From Camelus dromedarius (lineage: Eukaryota), in the NCBI RefSeq assembly GCF_036321535.1, contig NC_087447.1:6696001-6759879 (forward strand): a DNA stretch of 63,879 bases. The letters are read 5' to 3'. Positions 11,003 through 22,310 of the stretch are shown in pieces. The position numbers and the translations under genes were made by a program. The notes under the pieces are model-generated. The model did not search any database. It was given only the letters and a program-made list of their open reading frames with translations, and was not told the DNA's origin. Position 1 is the stretch's first letter. Every line of letters begins with the position of its first letter.

Positions 11003-12820
11003 GTGAGACATTTTTCTTCCTTCTGTCACATCAACCCCAATTAGGGATCACTTCCTGGAGAAGGTGGGTGACAAAGGAGAAGCTGAAGCTAAAATCCCGG
11101 TGGCCCTGGACCTCCCAGAGCCTCCTGGGAGTTGCCTGTGGGGAGGAGAGGAAGGTGCGGGTGGGTGGGTGCTACTGCCCAGAGAGGAGCCAAGGTGAGC
11201 GCCCGCCCAGGCCCACCTGCAGCGCCTGCACCGCCAGCACCACTCTCTGCAGCTCGGACAGGAATTTCACCTTTGACCTCACCTGCTGTCCTGCCTTCCC
11301 CTTTGGGCCTGTGCCCTAGCTGGCAATGGGCTGCATGCCCTGAGGCGGTTGTGCTGTGGACCCAGCTCAACTTCTGGGTGACATTTCTCTTTGGGCAAAG
11401 AGACACTCCCAACCTGCTTCCCAGGGCTGTGACCTCACCCAAAGCTTCAGGACCAGCATCTGCTGTGTAGGGCAAGACCAGGAGGTGGGCCCTCCTCCCC
11501 TGGGGCCAGTGAGACTCCCCTGAGGGCCCCCAGCTCTGCACAGCTGGCTGCAGGGCAGAGCGCTAGGAGGGCAGCGCCTGGATGGAAGCCCTGCGCAGCA
11601 ACTGTGAGCTGAAGGTAGGAAGGAGAAGAGCGGGCCGGGAGCAGGAGCACTAGGGCCACACGGTTAGATAAGTCAGCAAGATGCTCAGGTATCAGGTCCC
11701 GGGGCAGACACGGTGCGTCTGTGGTTGGCTCCTCCTCTCTGCATGTGCGTCCTCCAGGGAGGGCCAGGGCTCTCTCCACTGACTCCTTGTTCCCACACCT
11801 CCTTAGCCTCGCCTGGAGGAGCCTGCAAGGGGATCAGCTGGCATTTCTTTGGAGCCTGGCAGGAAGGCCCCCCTTCCTCCTACCTGAATCCCGCTCCCCT
11901 CTGGGCAGACTTGCTTCCTTAGCCTGGCCCAAGGAGCCTCACTCATGGTACATTTTTGTCACCACAGGAGCTCTGGGCTTGGTCCTGGGACACCCCTTTG
12001 ACACTGTAAAGGTGAGTCTAGGGGAGGCACCCAAGGAATGAAAGGCGTTGCCTGAACCAGACATCAGGGTGCCCTGAGGGCAGGGCCTGGCTGACGGAGG
12101 CTCTTCCCATGTCTCTTTCCTGGCTGGCATCCCACTCAGGGGGGCAGAGGGATGAGCTGGCTGGATGCCCAGCCTACCACCCTGCTCTGTCCTCCCTGTC
12201 CAGGTGCGGCTGCAGACCCAGACCACATACCAGGGCATTATTGATTGTATGGTCAAGACTTACCGCCATGAGTCGGTGGGTGGCCTGCTTCTTCAAGGTT
12301 TTGGGGTGGGAGCCCTCTGGGCAGTTGGTGCCAGCTTTATTCTTCCACGACAAGGCTCTGCCCTGGAAGAGAGAAAGGAGACCCGAGTCTGAGCCACTGG
12401 GGGGCTGAGTGGTAGCTTAGTGCCCCAAAGGTGGAGTTGAGGCCGTCCCCAGCCTTAGCCTGCCTCCACCTCCCTGCAGCCAGAGTGATTTCCAGCCAGC
12501 AGAAGCCCTGCCAGGACTGGAAAGGGCAAAGGTGAGGCCTCTAAATCCCCCATCCCCTTGCCTAGCATCCCCGTGTCTCTCTGCAGCTCCTGGGCTTCTT
12601 CAAGGGAATGAGCTTCCCCATCGTGAGCATAGCTGTGGTCAACTCTGTCCTGTTCGGGGTCTACAGCAATGCCCTGCTGGCCCTGACAGCAACCTCCCAC
12701 CAGGAGCGGAGGGCCCAGGCGCCCAGTTACACACACGTCTTCATAGCTGGCTGCACCGGGGGGTTCCTGCAGGTGAGGGGGCGTTGTGGGGGCACGTGCA
12801 CACAGGGGCAAGTGCGCGCG

Positions 12821-12869
<49 letters not shown>

Positions 12870-15814
12870 GTGCAGTGATGGTCAGTTCACTCCTTTCCCT
12901 CCCAGCCCCCTGTGGCGACCCACAGATGCAGACCCCAGGCCCTGCTAAGGGGAACACGGGGAGCTGTGGGGAAATGGCCTGCTCCCTGTGACCTGGCCTG
13001 GCTGAATCTGGATGGGACAGTCATGGAGAACAGAGTGGGCAAAAGGTAGGGAGACCTGGGATGGTGGGGAGACAGTGCCAAGGGGACATCATGGAGAAGC
13101 AGTTGGTGCCCCAGTCTGGGGCGACAGGGCTTGCCCACCTTTGGAGGGGTCTGCCAGCCTCCAGCTGTGGGAAGACCTCTCTCCAAGATGACCTTTCACC
13201 CTGGAGAACGGACAGTCCCCACAGAGCTCTGAGTCCAGCTCCTCCTGTCCTGCCATGGTCCTGTCCCCTCCCCCAGCCCTGCCCCGCTCAGCCCCTCTGC
13301 CTGGTGGCTGCGATCTATAAGCGTCACCCGGAGGGCCAGGGGCCCATCCACAGATACTGCTGGTAGAGGTCCAGAGTGTTAATCATTAAGTGACTCTAAT
13401 CATTGGGTTTTGGTCTTTGTTCTCAGCACTTAAGTACCAGGCTTTTGAGGAGGGGGTGGAGGAAAGAGGCCTCCAGGCAGCAGGACCAACTTCGGCTAAA
13501 TGGGAGGCCTGAGCATAGAGGCAGAGGGCGTGCACCCAGTTCCTCCCCACACCCTAGCCAGGGCCTTAGGTCACCGTCTACTCGACACCTGCCCTGATGC
13601 TCCTAACACTTCTCAGGGCTGAGAGCGAGGACACGGGAGAGGGTCAGGGGCTCACTGAGTGAATTAATGATTCACGAGACCCGAAGTCCTAGCTTTTTTC
13701 CTACCCCTTATGCGGGGTTCATGCTTGCATGTTTCCCAAGCCCTGAGACCCGCACCCCCAAAAAACAAAGAAGAGGATGAGCCCCCAGGCCAAGTGGCCT
13801 GATTTAGGCTCAGCCAGGCCCAGCTCCTCAGTCTCTCCCCTCCAGCTCTTCGGAAAGCAGAACAGATGGCAGAACTGGGATCACTCACTGATGGGGATGG
13901 GGTCCAGGGACCAACTGGAGCCCAGGTTTGCCATCACGCCCGGGTCTTGGAGTGGAAAATGTATTTGAGTGTGGAAAAGAGGAGGAAGAAGTGGGGAGTG
14001 ACCCTGGTTAGCACTGGGCAGGGAATGGCAACCTCAGATGTGCACAAAAGTTACTTTTGACTAGGCTAAGGCTGCCACGGTCAAACTGAGCAGCAATGTC
14101 TGAGGTCCCCACTGCCCTGTGGGCACAGGATGGGGAGGGGAGGGGCCCTAGCCCACCTCTGCCTGCCCCTGCCTTTGGCCCAGCCACTTCCTCACCCCCA
14201 GGAGCCCAGGGCTTAGGACCCCACCCCTGGAGAATCCCTCAGCTCAGCACTGCTCTGGAGGGTGACATTAGGGTGAAATCTCACAGGGAGGGACCCCAGC
14301 CCCCTGGCCTTCCTGCAAGGGAGGAAGTAAGCAAACTGTCACCCTCTAAATATCATCGCCAGAGCCAGCCGCAAGACTTTTCTGCCATCAGCCATCTCCA
14401 GGGCTGAGGAATTGAGCTTGTGTACCTCCCATGAAAGAACGAAACGAACAAAAAACACATAAGCCCATAAATGATACGCCAACCTCAGTTTGGACCTCAA
14501 TTCTCACCTGAACTTTCACAGCTGATCTTGACCTAGCTGCATCCCTGACCCACACTCTAGCCCCTCCCCTCAACCTCCCTCCACATCTCCCAGCACCAAT
14601 ATGACCCCAAATCCCTGTGCCCCTGGCCTCAGCCAAGTGATAAGAGTTCAGGGACCCGCAGATCCCACGCTGTCACCCACCTTCTGTTGGGACAATAGTA
14701 CTCGGGGTTTGCAAGATGTACTTCCCTACCCAGGGGCCTCTGAGAGGTGTCCTGCAGGAGGTGAGGGAGGGAGAATCTATGAAGTTGAGTCCCCAGCACA
14801 ATCGAGGTGACCTCCTTAACCCTGGGGAGGGTCAGTTCTCTGCTGTTACGTGGCACAGACTGAATCCTTTCTTCAAGGCAACGTGTCCATGTGAGTACCC
14901 TTAAGTTCAGCTGAAGGGTGGGGCGGTGCCGCTGGCTGTCAGGGGCCTGATGCTAAGGGGGGGCCCTGGCCCATTCCCACTGCGAGTGCAGGAGGCTGAG
15001 AGCTGGCAGTGGGAGCCACCAAGGTCCTGAAGGAAGACGCTGCCCTCTCTGCCCCTGCCCTCCTCCTGTCAAAATGAGAGGAAGGGACTGTTCCTGCCAA
15101 AGTCCCACCTGGGTCCTTCCTGCTTCCTTCCCTACAGGCCTACTGCTTGGCTCCTTTTGACCTCATCAAAGTCCGGCTACAAAACCAGACAGAACCCAGG
15201 GCTCAGCCAGGGAGCCCCCCGCCCCGGTACCGGGGCCCCGTGCACTGTGCAGCCTCCATCTTCCAGGCTGAGGGTCCCCGGGGTCTGTTCCGGGGAGCCT
15301 GGGCCCTGACGCTGAGGGACACCCCCACCCTGGGAATCTATTTTGTCACCTACGAATGGCTCTGTCACCAATCCACACCGGATGGCCAGAACCCCAGTAA
15401 GTGAAGTGGCGTGAGAGGGTGAAGGACCGAGAGGAGTCAGGGAGGGGAGCTGGCCTGTGTCTGGAGGGAGGGGAGGGAGACTATGGATGGGGAAGTTTGC
15501 TTTGTTCCCCAGTGTGACTCCCGCCCTGGGCTTCCTCTACCCCAGGCTCAGCCACAGTGCTGGTGGCTGGGGGTTTTGCTGGCATCACCTCCTGGGTCAC
15601 AGCCACCCCCTTAGACGTGATCAAGTCCCGGATGCAGATGGCCGGGCTGGAGCAGAGGGCGTACCGGGGGCTGCTGGACTGCATGGTAAGCAGCGTCCGG
15701 CAGGAAGGACTGGGGGTCTTCTTCCGAGGGCTCACCATCAACAGTGCCCGTGCCTTTCCGGTCAACGCTGTCACCTTCCTCAGCTATGAGTACCTCCTCC
15801 ACTCCTGGGGATGA
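10966..15814 (+). CDS. SLC25A45: Solute carrier family 25 member 45 (mitochondrial carrier), 288 aa; exons 10966-11002, 11968-12011, 12204-12275, 12587-12772, 15138-15396, 15546-15814
   Basis: Exon lengths sum to 867 nt (288 aa + TGA) and all introns are GT-AG. Three carrier signatures PX[DE]XX[KR]X[RK] are present: [24 protein letters not shown]. Matches recalled SLC25A45. Confidence 0.97.
11968..12011 (+). CDS. SLC25A45: SLC25A45 coding exon 2 (44 nt)
   Basis: [15 protein letters not shown]; CACAG| and |GTGAGT. Confidence 0.95.
12204..12275 (+). CDS. SLC25A45: SLC25A45 coding exon 3 (72 nt)
   Basis: [24 protein letters not shown]; CCAG| and |GTGGGT. Confidence 0.95.
12587..12772 (+). CDS. 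SLC25A45: SLC25A45 coding exon 4 (186 nt)
   Basis: [11 protein letters not shown]...GCTGGFLQ; GCAG| and |GTGAGG. Confidence 0.95.
12812..12868. repeat. Compound microsatellite (GC)8(AC)19
   Basis: Read directly; 57 nt of uninterrupted purine-pyrimidine alternation. Confidence 0.97.
15138..15396 (+). CDS. SLC25A45: SLC25A45 coding exon 5 (259 nt)
   Basis: [13 protein letters not shown]...DGQNP; ACAG| and |GTAAGT. Confidence 0.95.
15546..15814 (+). CDS. SLC25A45: SLC25A45 coding exon 6 (269 nt, stop TGA)
   Basis: [12 protein letters not shown]...YEYLLHSWG*; CCAG|. Confidence 0.95.
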
Positions 15815-16960
15815 GCCTGGGCAGGCCAGCTGGCAGCCCCCCAGCGAGACCACCGCCCAACTAACTGCCCAGATTGGAGGCCAAGTTGAAAGCACCAGCT
15901 TGTGATGCTGATTCAAGAAGCTGAACTTTCTTTACCAAGGCCCCTCCAACTCACAGACAGGGCTGGGGAGACAGCGTGGGGAGCAGGAGGCCAGGGGTCC
16001 TGGACTCTGCCCAGAATCTAAGGCTGGCCTTGGCCTCCCAGCTACACACACCTTGATTCTTTTGCTTCCTGAGTCTGTGAAGTAAACTTACAGCCAGTGG
16101 TGCTGGTGACATTCCATCCCTACCCCTGTGACTCCACCCCTGTAAGAGCTCTCAGCGCCTCCACTTGGCTGCCTGAGCTAACCACCTCCCTGGATTCCAG
16201 TGATGACATCCTCACCTGCCTCCCACCTCACCTCCTTTCAAGCCTCTCCCCTCAGGACTTGAGAGTAGCCCTTAGTCTCCTCTCATCCAGAATCTTCTTC
16301 AGTAGCTCCCATCACCTTCAGGAAAAAGTCCAAACTCCCCTCTTCCCAGGCCCTCCTTACCCACCAGCTTTCCTCTTCCTGGGTCCCTAGCGGCAGCCCA
16401 GTCCTGCTTGAGGTCCACAATGGGCAGGGCCTGCAGGGTGACTCCATCACCTGGCGGGCTGAGCCCGCTCTGACCCAGGCTGAGTGCTGTCTCCTGAAGT
16501 CCTCCCTCTGCTGGCCTCCGCCTGCCTGGAACTGACTTTGGGGTTTGCAGACCTCTCTGCTCTCCCGTGTGCCTTGATCATAGCCTTCACCTGTGCTTAA
16601 TCGTGGTTGTGTGTTTGCTTCTCAGCTCCCCAGTTAGACTGGGCACTCCTTGAGGTCAGGGGTCATGTCGTACTTCTGACTGTTTCCCAGCACTGAGCCT
16701 GATGCTTGAAGCAACTCAACAAGTGCCCGTTAAGTGAAGCGCACTCCGGACCTCCGCCCCCGACTCCAACCTCCGCACCTGCTTCCTTGGTCCTGACCCC
16801 CACCCCTCCCTGAGCTGTCTGCTGCCCAGGCCCCTCCCGGGTGGTCTCCAGTGGAGCAGTGTCTGCCTCACCCACTCCCATCTCTGGTACTGGTTTTCTT
16901 TACCTATCTCAATCACTAAGTGGGAATTGAAAACTGGCTGAAAGGGTTCACTTAATTGGT

Positions 16961-16966
16961 AATAAA
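16961..16966 (+). terminator. Candidate SLC25A45 polyadenylation signal AATAAA
   Basis: AATAAA about 1.15 kb downstream of the stop codon. Confidence 0.55.
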
Positions 16967-17759
16967 GTGAGCAGATTTGTATCCACTAATGTCCTGATTT
17001 GGTCTGAGATCAACCGGGGCCCCCTCATGGTGACCTGATCCCTGGAATTCCTGCCACTTTCTGGGGCTCCCTACAGAAACAAGCACAGTATTATCACAGT
17101 TTACAGAGGAGGTGGCCTTGGCTCAGGGACAGTATGTAACCAGTCCCAGGTCACGCGGCTGGTATCCCACAGCTTGTCTGGGCACATCCGAGCCTCCACC
17201 TCCAGAGCCGGTTACTCTGCCACTCCTGCTGTACCTGGGGCTTGTGACGGTCTCCCATGAGTCACCTAAGTTCACACTCACCTCAGCTCGACCTATGGCA
17301 CCAGATTCCCCCTGTGCTCCTTGGAGCTCTTGTTTACTGGGTGGTGTGCCACAGATGGCAGGTGGTACCCTAAATCCTCCCCTCCTCCATCGTCATAGCG
17401 TGGCTGCAGGGCACCTTGGTCACTGAGCAAGGCTATGTTCCCCTCGATGGGGACTTGCGCTTGGGTTCTTGCTAGAGAAATGTGAGCAGAAGTGATGTGT
17501 GCAAATTGCCCATCACTTGCTTGAAAGAAGATTCCTCACTGTTGGCTGAAAATGGTGGCCCTGGGGGTCATCACTGAGGATCCAGGAGGCGTCTGGAACC
17601 TAGGGACTCTGGGAGCACAGCCCACCTGCCCACCTGCTGGACATTCTGGCATCTCTTTAGCTTTCACCCAAAATAACATTGTAGGTAAGGGTCTGCATGT
17701 TTCGAGGTCAGGGGCGACCTCAGCGTGGTCTGTGGAGCAGCAGGAGCATTAGTACTTCC

Positions 17760-17890
17760 TGGAGGGGGTCAAAAATGCAGAATCCCAGGCCTCTCCCCAG
17801 ACTGACAGAATCAAAATCCCTGAGGGTGGGGCCCAGGAATCTGTGTCGTACAAAGCTCTCCCTGTGACATTTACACACACTAAAGTTTAA
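17760..17890. mobile_element. MER5-family (hAT-Charlie) fragment
   Basis: AAAATGCAGAATCCCAGGCC...GGGGTGGGGCCCAGGAATCTG-like pattern. Confidence 0.7.
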
Positions 17891-19239
17891 GAACTGTGTT
17901 CTGGATGTTTCTAACAGCAGAAATGCACTGCCTGTTCAAGCTCAGAAAGTTGTGAATCTGGTGGCAGTGACTTGAACTCCTAGTTCTGTGGCCTCCACTC
18001 CTGCAGATTCAGGAAGCCTGTGTTCCTGGTGTGGAAAAGCAGAGTCTGTCTGAGACAGTCATTGCCATTTCTGTGCCCCAGTTTCTGCTGAGATCCCTTC
18101 CTACTGGTCAGTCTGGGAGCCCCAGTGGCCAGTCCAGGGCCACCACAGTGCCAGAGATTTTCAGGTTGGACACAGCAGTGTCAGGAAGCAGTCACTGGAA
18201 CCCCTGAGGTTGGGGGAGTCAGTGGCTGGCTCAAAGGGAGTAAACAGTGTGCATGTGAAAGAGGAGGCGGTTCTAATAAACAGGGCAAGGAAAGAGCAGG
18301 AGGTCAGAGTGGTCCTCTGTAGTTTGTCATTTCTCACCACATCACCAGTTACAAAGAGAATAAAATTAAAAAGTCCGTTTATGGTTTTGTTTTAAGGAAA
18401 TCCTTTTTGGGGGCAGTAATTATGCCTGTCAACCTGCCTTTGCACAGCTGTGCATGGGTTTCTGTTTCCTGCTCCTCATTAGAACCAGAAAGAGAGGCAG
18501 GCCTCCCTCGGGCCCTGCAGTCCCAGCTCGGGGTTCCTTCCATTGGCCCAAGGCCAGGGCTGCTGGCTGGGCCGGGAGTACGGTGCTGCAGTGAGGTGAG
18601 GGTTAAGCACGGCGTGGTTAGTGAGAAAACAACTCACTCCTCTTGGAAAGGAGGGTGGAAACAAAAACAAAGATCAGGCAGGAAATGGCTGAAGATATTT
18701 TAAAAAGGCAGATGTTTTTATGTCACAGGGTCTCAGAAAATGCATGTTAAATTCCTTAGGGAATTAACAGATGTTATTAGAGGTCGTCATTATTTGAGAC
18801 TTATTTAGATAAAAGGAGTCCCTAAGAACTAGGAGAGAGTAAATGAACCTGCTTTGAGGTTAAAAACGGGGATGGTGTCTGAGGGTCACATGTAAAGGGT
18901 TTATAAGTTGGGCAGACATGTTAACTAGTGTCTCATTGGACTAGCGTTGTCAAATGTCATACCTATGTTTACAGCACTGATCACAGTCAGAGAAATAGCA
19001 AGAGACTAGTTTATGTGTATAGTGACACTCCAGCTACATGTGCAGGTAAAGGGGGAAATGCCATCACCTTTGGATGATTCTGGCTTAAATCACTTTTGCC
19101 AAACTCACTAAACCAAGAGGACTCACTCTATTTTTTTTTTTAGCTTATTATTTTTAAAAATTGTAGTATAGTCAGTTTACAATGTTGTAAATAAATTTCT
19201 GTCATTTGGGGTTTTTTGGGGGGAGTAGGGGGGTGGAGG

Positions 19240-20158
19240 AGTCACTTTTAATTGGTATCTCTGGTCTGACCCCTTCCTGAGCTCCAGGCCCACACCACCA
19301 GTGTCCCTGATCACGGATCCTTGAGAATCCCAAAGAATCCCCAAGTCTCCCTGAGGCCAGCCGTCTCAGAGTAGCCCTTCTCTCTTTCTCCCACTTCAGC
19401 AGGAGTCCCCAGCACCTGTTAATCCTGCTTCTAAAGTTTTCTAGGACTTACTCTCTCTTTTCCAATCTTAATATCACAGCCCTGGTCCTGTCTGGAATCC
19501 CGACAAATAACTCAACTTTTCAAATGCAATCTGATCAGGTCACTCTCTTCCTCTTGTTCCCCTCGATGGCTTCCCACTGCTCTGAGGAATCAGGGCAGTT
19601 TCCTTCCCACAGCCTCCAAAGTGCTTGGACATTCTTAGAACCTCTCTTGGTTCCTTAAATATATCGGCCCCCCACACCCCACAGGACATTCACACATGTT
19701 ATTCTCACTGCCTGTGTGCCTCCTGTCTCTCAGTTCATCACTTCCTTAGTGAAACTTTCCTTAGCCCCTCTGTCTAGGTCCGGTTCCTTTGACTTATGCC
19801 AGAGATTTAGAATCACTTGGAGGGCTTGCTAAAATACAGATTCTTGGGCCCCACTTCAGCTTCTCATTCAGTAGGTTTGGGAAGGGTCTCAGAACCTGTG
19901 TTTCAGTACATTCCCAGATGCTGCTGGTGCCGGCCACAGTTCAAGAACCACTGGCTTGTGCTTTCATGTCATTTCCCCCTTCCAGTCTGTAATCACATCC
20001 TTTCATCTGTGTGACTCTTTGATTATAATTGTCTCTCTAAACTATGGGCTCCATGAAGCAGAGACCTTGGCTCTTTTGCTCATCAAAACTCTAGCTGGCA
20101 TACAGAAGCACTCAATAAATAGTTGTTGAAAGAATGAATGAATGAATGGATGAATGAA
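19240..20158 (+). mobile_element. L2 fragment ending in (GAAT)n tail
   Basis: L2 3' motifs, GCACTCAATAAATAGTTGTTGAA(AGAAT)(GAAT)n. Confidence 0.75.
19805..19955. mobile_element. MER5A inserted in an L2
   Basis: AGAATCACTTGGAGGGCTTGCTAAAATACAGATT...CAAGAACCACTGG. Confidence 0.78.
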
Positions 20159-20206
20159 AACTAGTCTTCCCGACTTCCCCACTGGCAGGCTGGTGCTCTA
20201 GATTTT

Positions 20207-20279
20207 TTCTTTTTTAATGGAGGTACTGAGGATTGAACCCAGGACCTTGTGCATGTTAAGCATGCACTACCACCCCCGG
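20207..20279 (-). mobile_element. Short tRNA-derived SINE (camelid-type), 5'-shortened, with TSD
   Basis: GTGGTAGTGCATGCTTAACATGCACAAGGTCCTGGGTTCAATCC plus A-tail; TSD GCTCTAGATTTT at 20195-20206 and 20280-20291. Confidence 0.9.
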
Positions 20280-20479
20280 GCTCTAGATTTTACGTAGAGC
20301 CCTCCCTATGATAAAACAACTTGATTCCAGATCCATTATAACAAACATGACTTTGAAACCATTGCTAACTTTGCAAGGAGTAAGAGAATTTCCCAAAGAC
20401 ACCTTCAAAACAAGGATGTGAGTGTAAAGCATGTGTTGGAACTGTGTTGCTTTTGGGGCAAATGCTAACACTGCAACCT

Positions 20480-21190
20480 TAAAAATTAAGGAAACACACA
20501 GAACAGAAGACTAGACTTTGGCACAGTCAGGGAGCAGAACTCATAAATTAAGTCAAGATCCTAGAAGGGGCTACCCCTTAGTGAAAGAGTAGACCAGAAA
20601 GCCTCCACCCACCAGTAAAGAGAACCTTCAAAGAAACCTGCCTCCCCTGTGGGGGGAAAAATTAAGAATAAGATGAGCCCCCTGTGAACCAGGAACCATG
20701 GTACCTGCTGCTAGACTATCCTTCAGGTCTTGGACACCTTGTTTCCAAAAATTGATTTATCATGATGGTAGTGCCCCCTTGTGCCTAGCTGGAGTAACTA
20801 CAGGTTCTTCTAGAGGAGAGGCCCCAAACCAGGATCTTCAGGTTTTCCAGGGATTAAATGTAACCAATAAAAAAATTTCCAAGACAAAGATTACCAGACC
20901 CCCAAGGAAAAAAGCCACCATGAATCAAGGCATTAAGAGAAACAAAAGCAACAGATTTAGCCCCCCAAGGATTTCAGAAACTAGATTTATCAGGTACAGA
21001 ATATAAAAAAAAACCATGCATGAAATGTCTAAATATACAAAGGAGTTAAAAGAGAAGAAACAAGAGAGTATAAAAATGATTATGCATATTTGGGGAAAAA
21101 AAAGAATTGTCACAGCTGAAGAGAACTGGAAGGCGGATGGGGAGAAATTACTCAGAGAGCAATGCAGGGATATAAGAAGATGCGGAACCA
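20480..21190 (+). mobile_element. Old L1 5'/ORF1-region fragment
   Basis: A-rich, lysine-rich broken reading frames of L1M ORF1 type. Confidence 0.55.
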
Positions 21191-21689
21191 ACCTTTCTGC
21201 CTTGGGCCCTCTGGGTCCTGTTCACCATCTCTTCAAGATTGATGCTTATGATGAATATAACAACAACAATACTAACAATATCTAACATACATACGTAGTG
21301 CTTAAAATAGTACCTGACAAGTAGTAAACATTTTGTAAACATTCATTTGTTTAATCCTCACAACTGACCTGTATTGCTTCTCCTGCTAGTTTGTGAGCAT
21401 TTTAGGAACAGGGACTGCATCTAATTCATCTTTGCTGCCCTGGAGCCTCCTATGCCTCCTGGACAGAGAGGCTTGTAAATAAACTGAAATAATGCACATA
21501 GTTTCTTTGCGTGCCCTCCCTACCCCTCATTACTTTGCATGTGGCAACACTTGCAAACTCAGATAGGACTGCCTGACCTTGACACAAAATTAGGTCTGTC
21601 AGGAATAGCAGACGTCCTCTTTGCTACACCTCACTCCTTCACACCTTACGGCCCATCCATGAGGAAGTCGCACCAACCACAGTAGCTTC

Positions 21690-22310
21690 CTAACTTACTT
21701 AGTTGTCCGGTTTATACCTTTGCTCCTCATCTCCCTGTATGTTCTTCACACAGCAACTAGGATTCGATTTTTAAAACATAAAACATACCACATTCCTCCT
21801 TTGTCTACATATCTCCCCCCTCCCCTCCCTCCAAAAGAAACTTCCTGTCTTGCTTACAATGAAATTTAAATGCTGCCCAGTCAAAGGCTCCTACCCACCT
21901 CTCTACCCTCCTCCTCTGCTTGAGCCTCTCTCATTTTCTGTTTCTTAAACCTGTCAAGCTGTTTCTAAACTTAGATATTTGTACCTACTGTTCCCTTTGC
22001 AGAGGACACTCTTCCTTTGGAAGAATGGGTGTTTCCTTCTTAGCAGTCACAACTCTGCCCAAAGGACACTTCCCTGACTCCCCTCTCCCAGTCACTCTCT
22101 GGGACATCGTTATTTTATTTTCATCTTTGCGCTGATTGCTATCTAAAATGACTCCTTATGTGTTTACTTGTCTCTTCTTTATCTCCTCTACCAGAAAGGT
22201 AGGGCTTAGCAAGGAGGATCCCCTCTGCCTCGTTCAGCACTAGCTTCAGGGTCCCAGAGTAGGGCCTGCTCCACAAGCAAAGCGTTCAGTAAATACTGCT
22301 TGAATGAGCA
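21690..22310 (+). mobile_element. L2 fragment
   Basis: TCAGTAAATACTGCTTGAATGA tail and L2a internal motifs. Confidence 0.7.

Noticed and set aside
18340-19120. Unassigned sequence that might be a processed pseudogene or LTR
   Set aside because: No recognisable peptide, poly(A)/TSD or LTR termini; a database search is needed.
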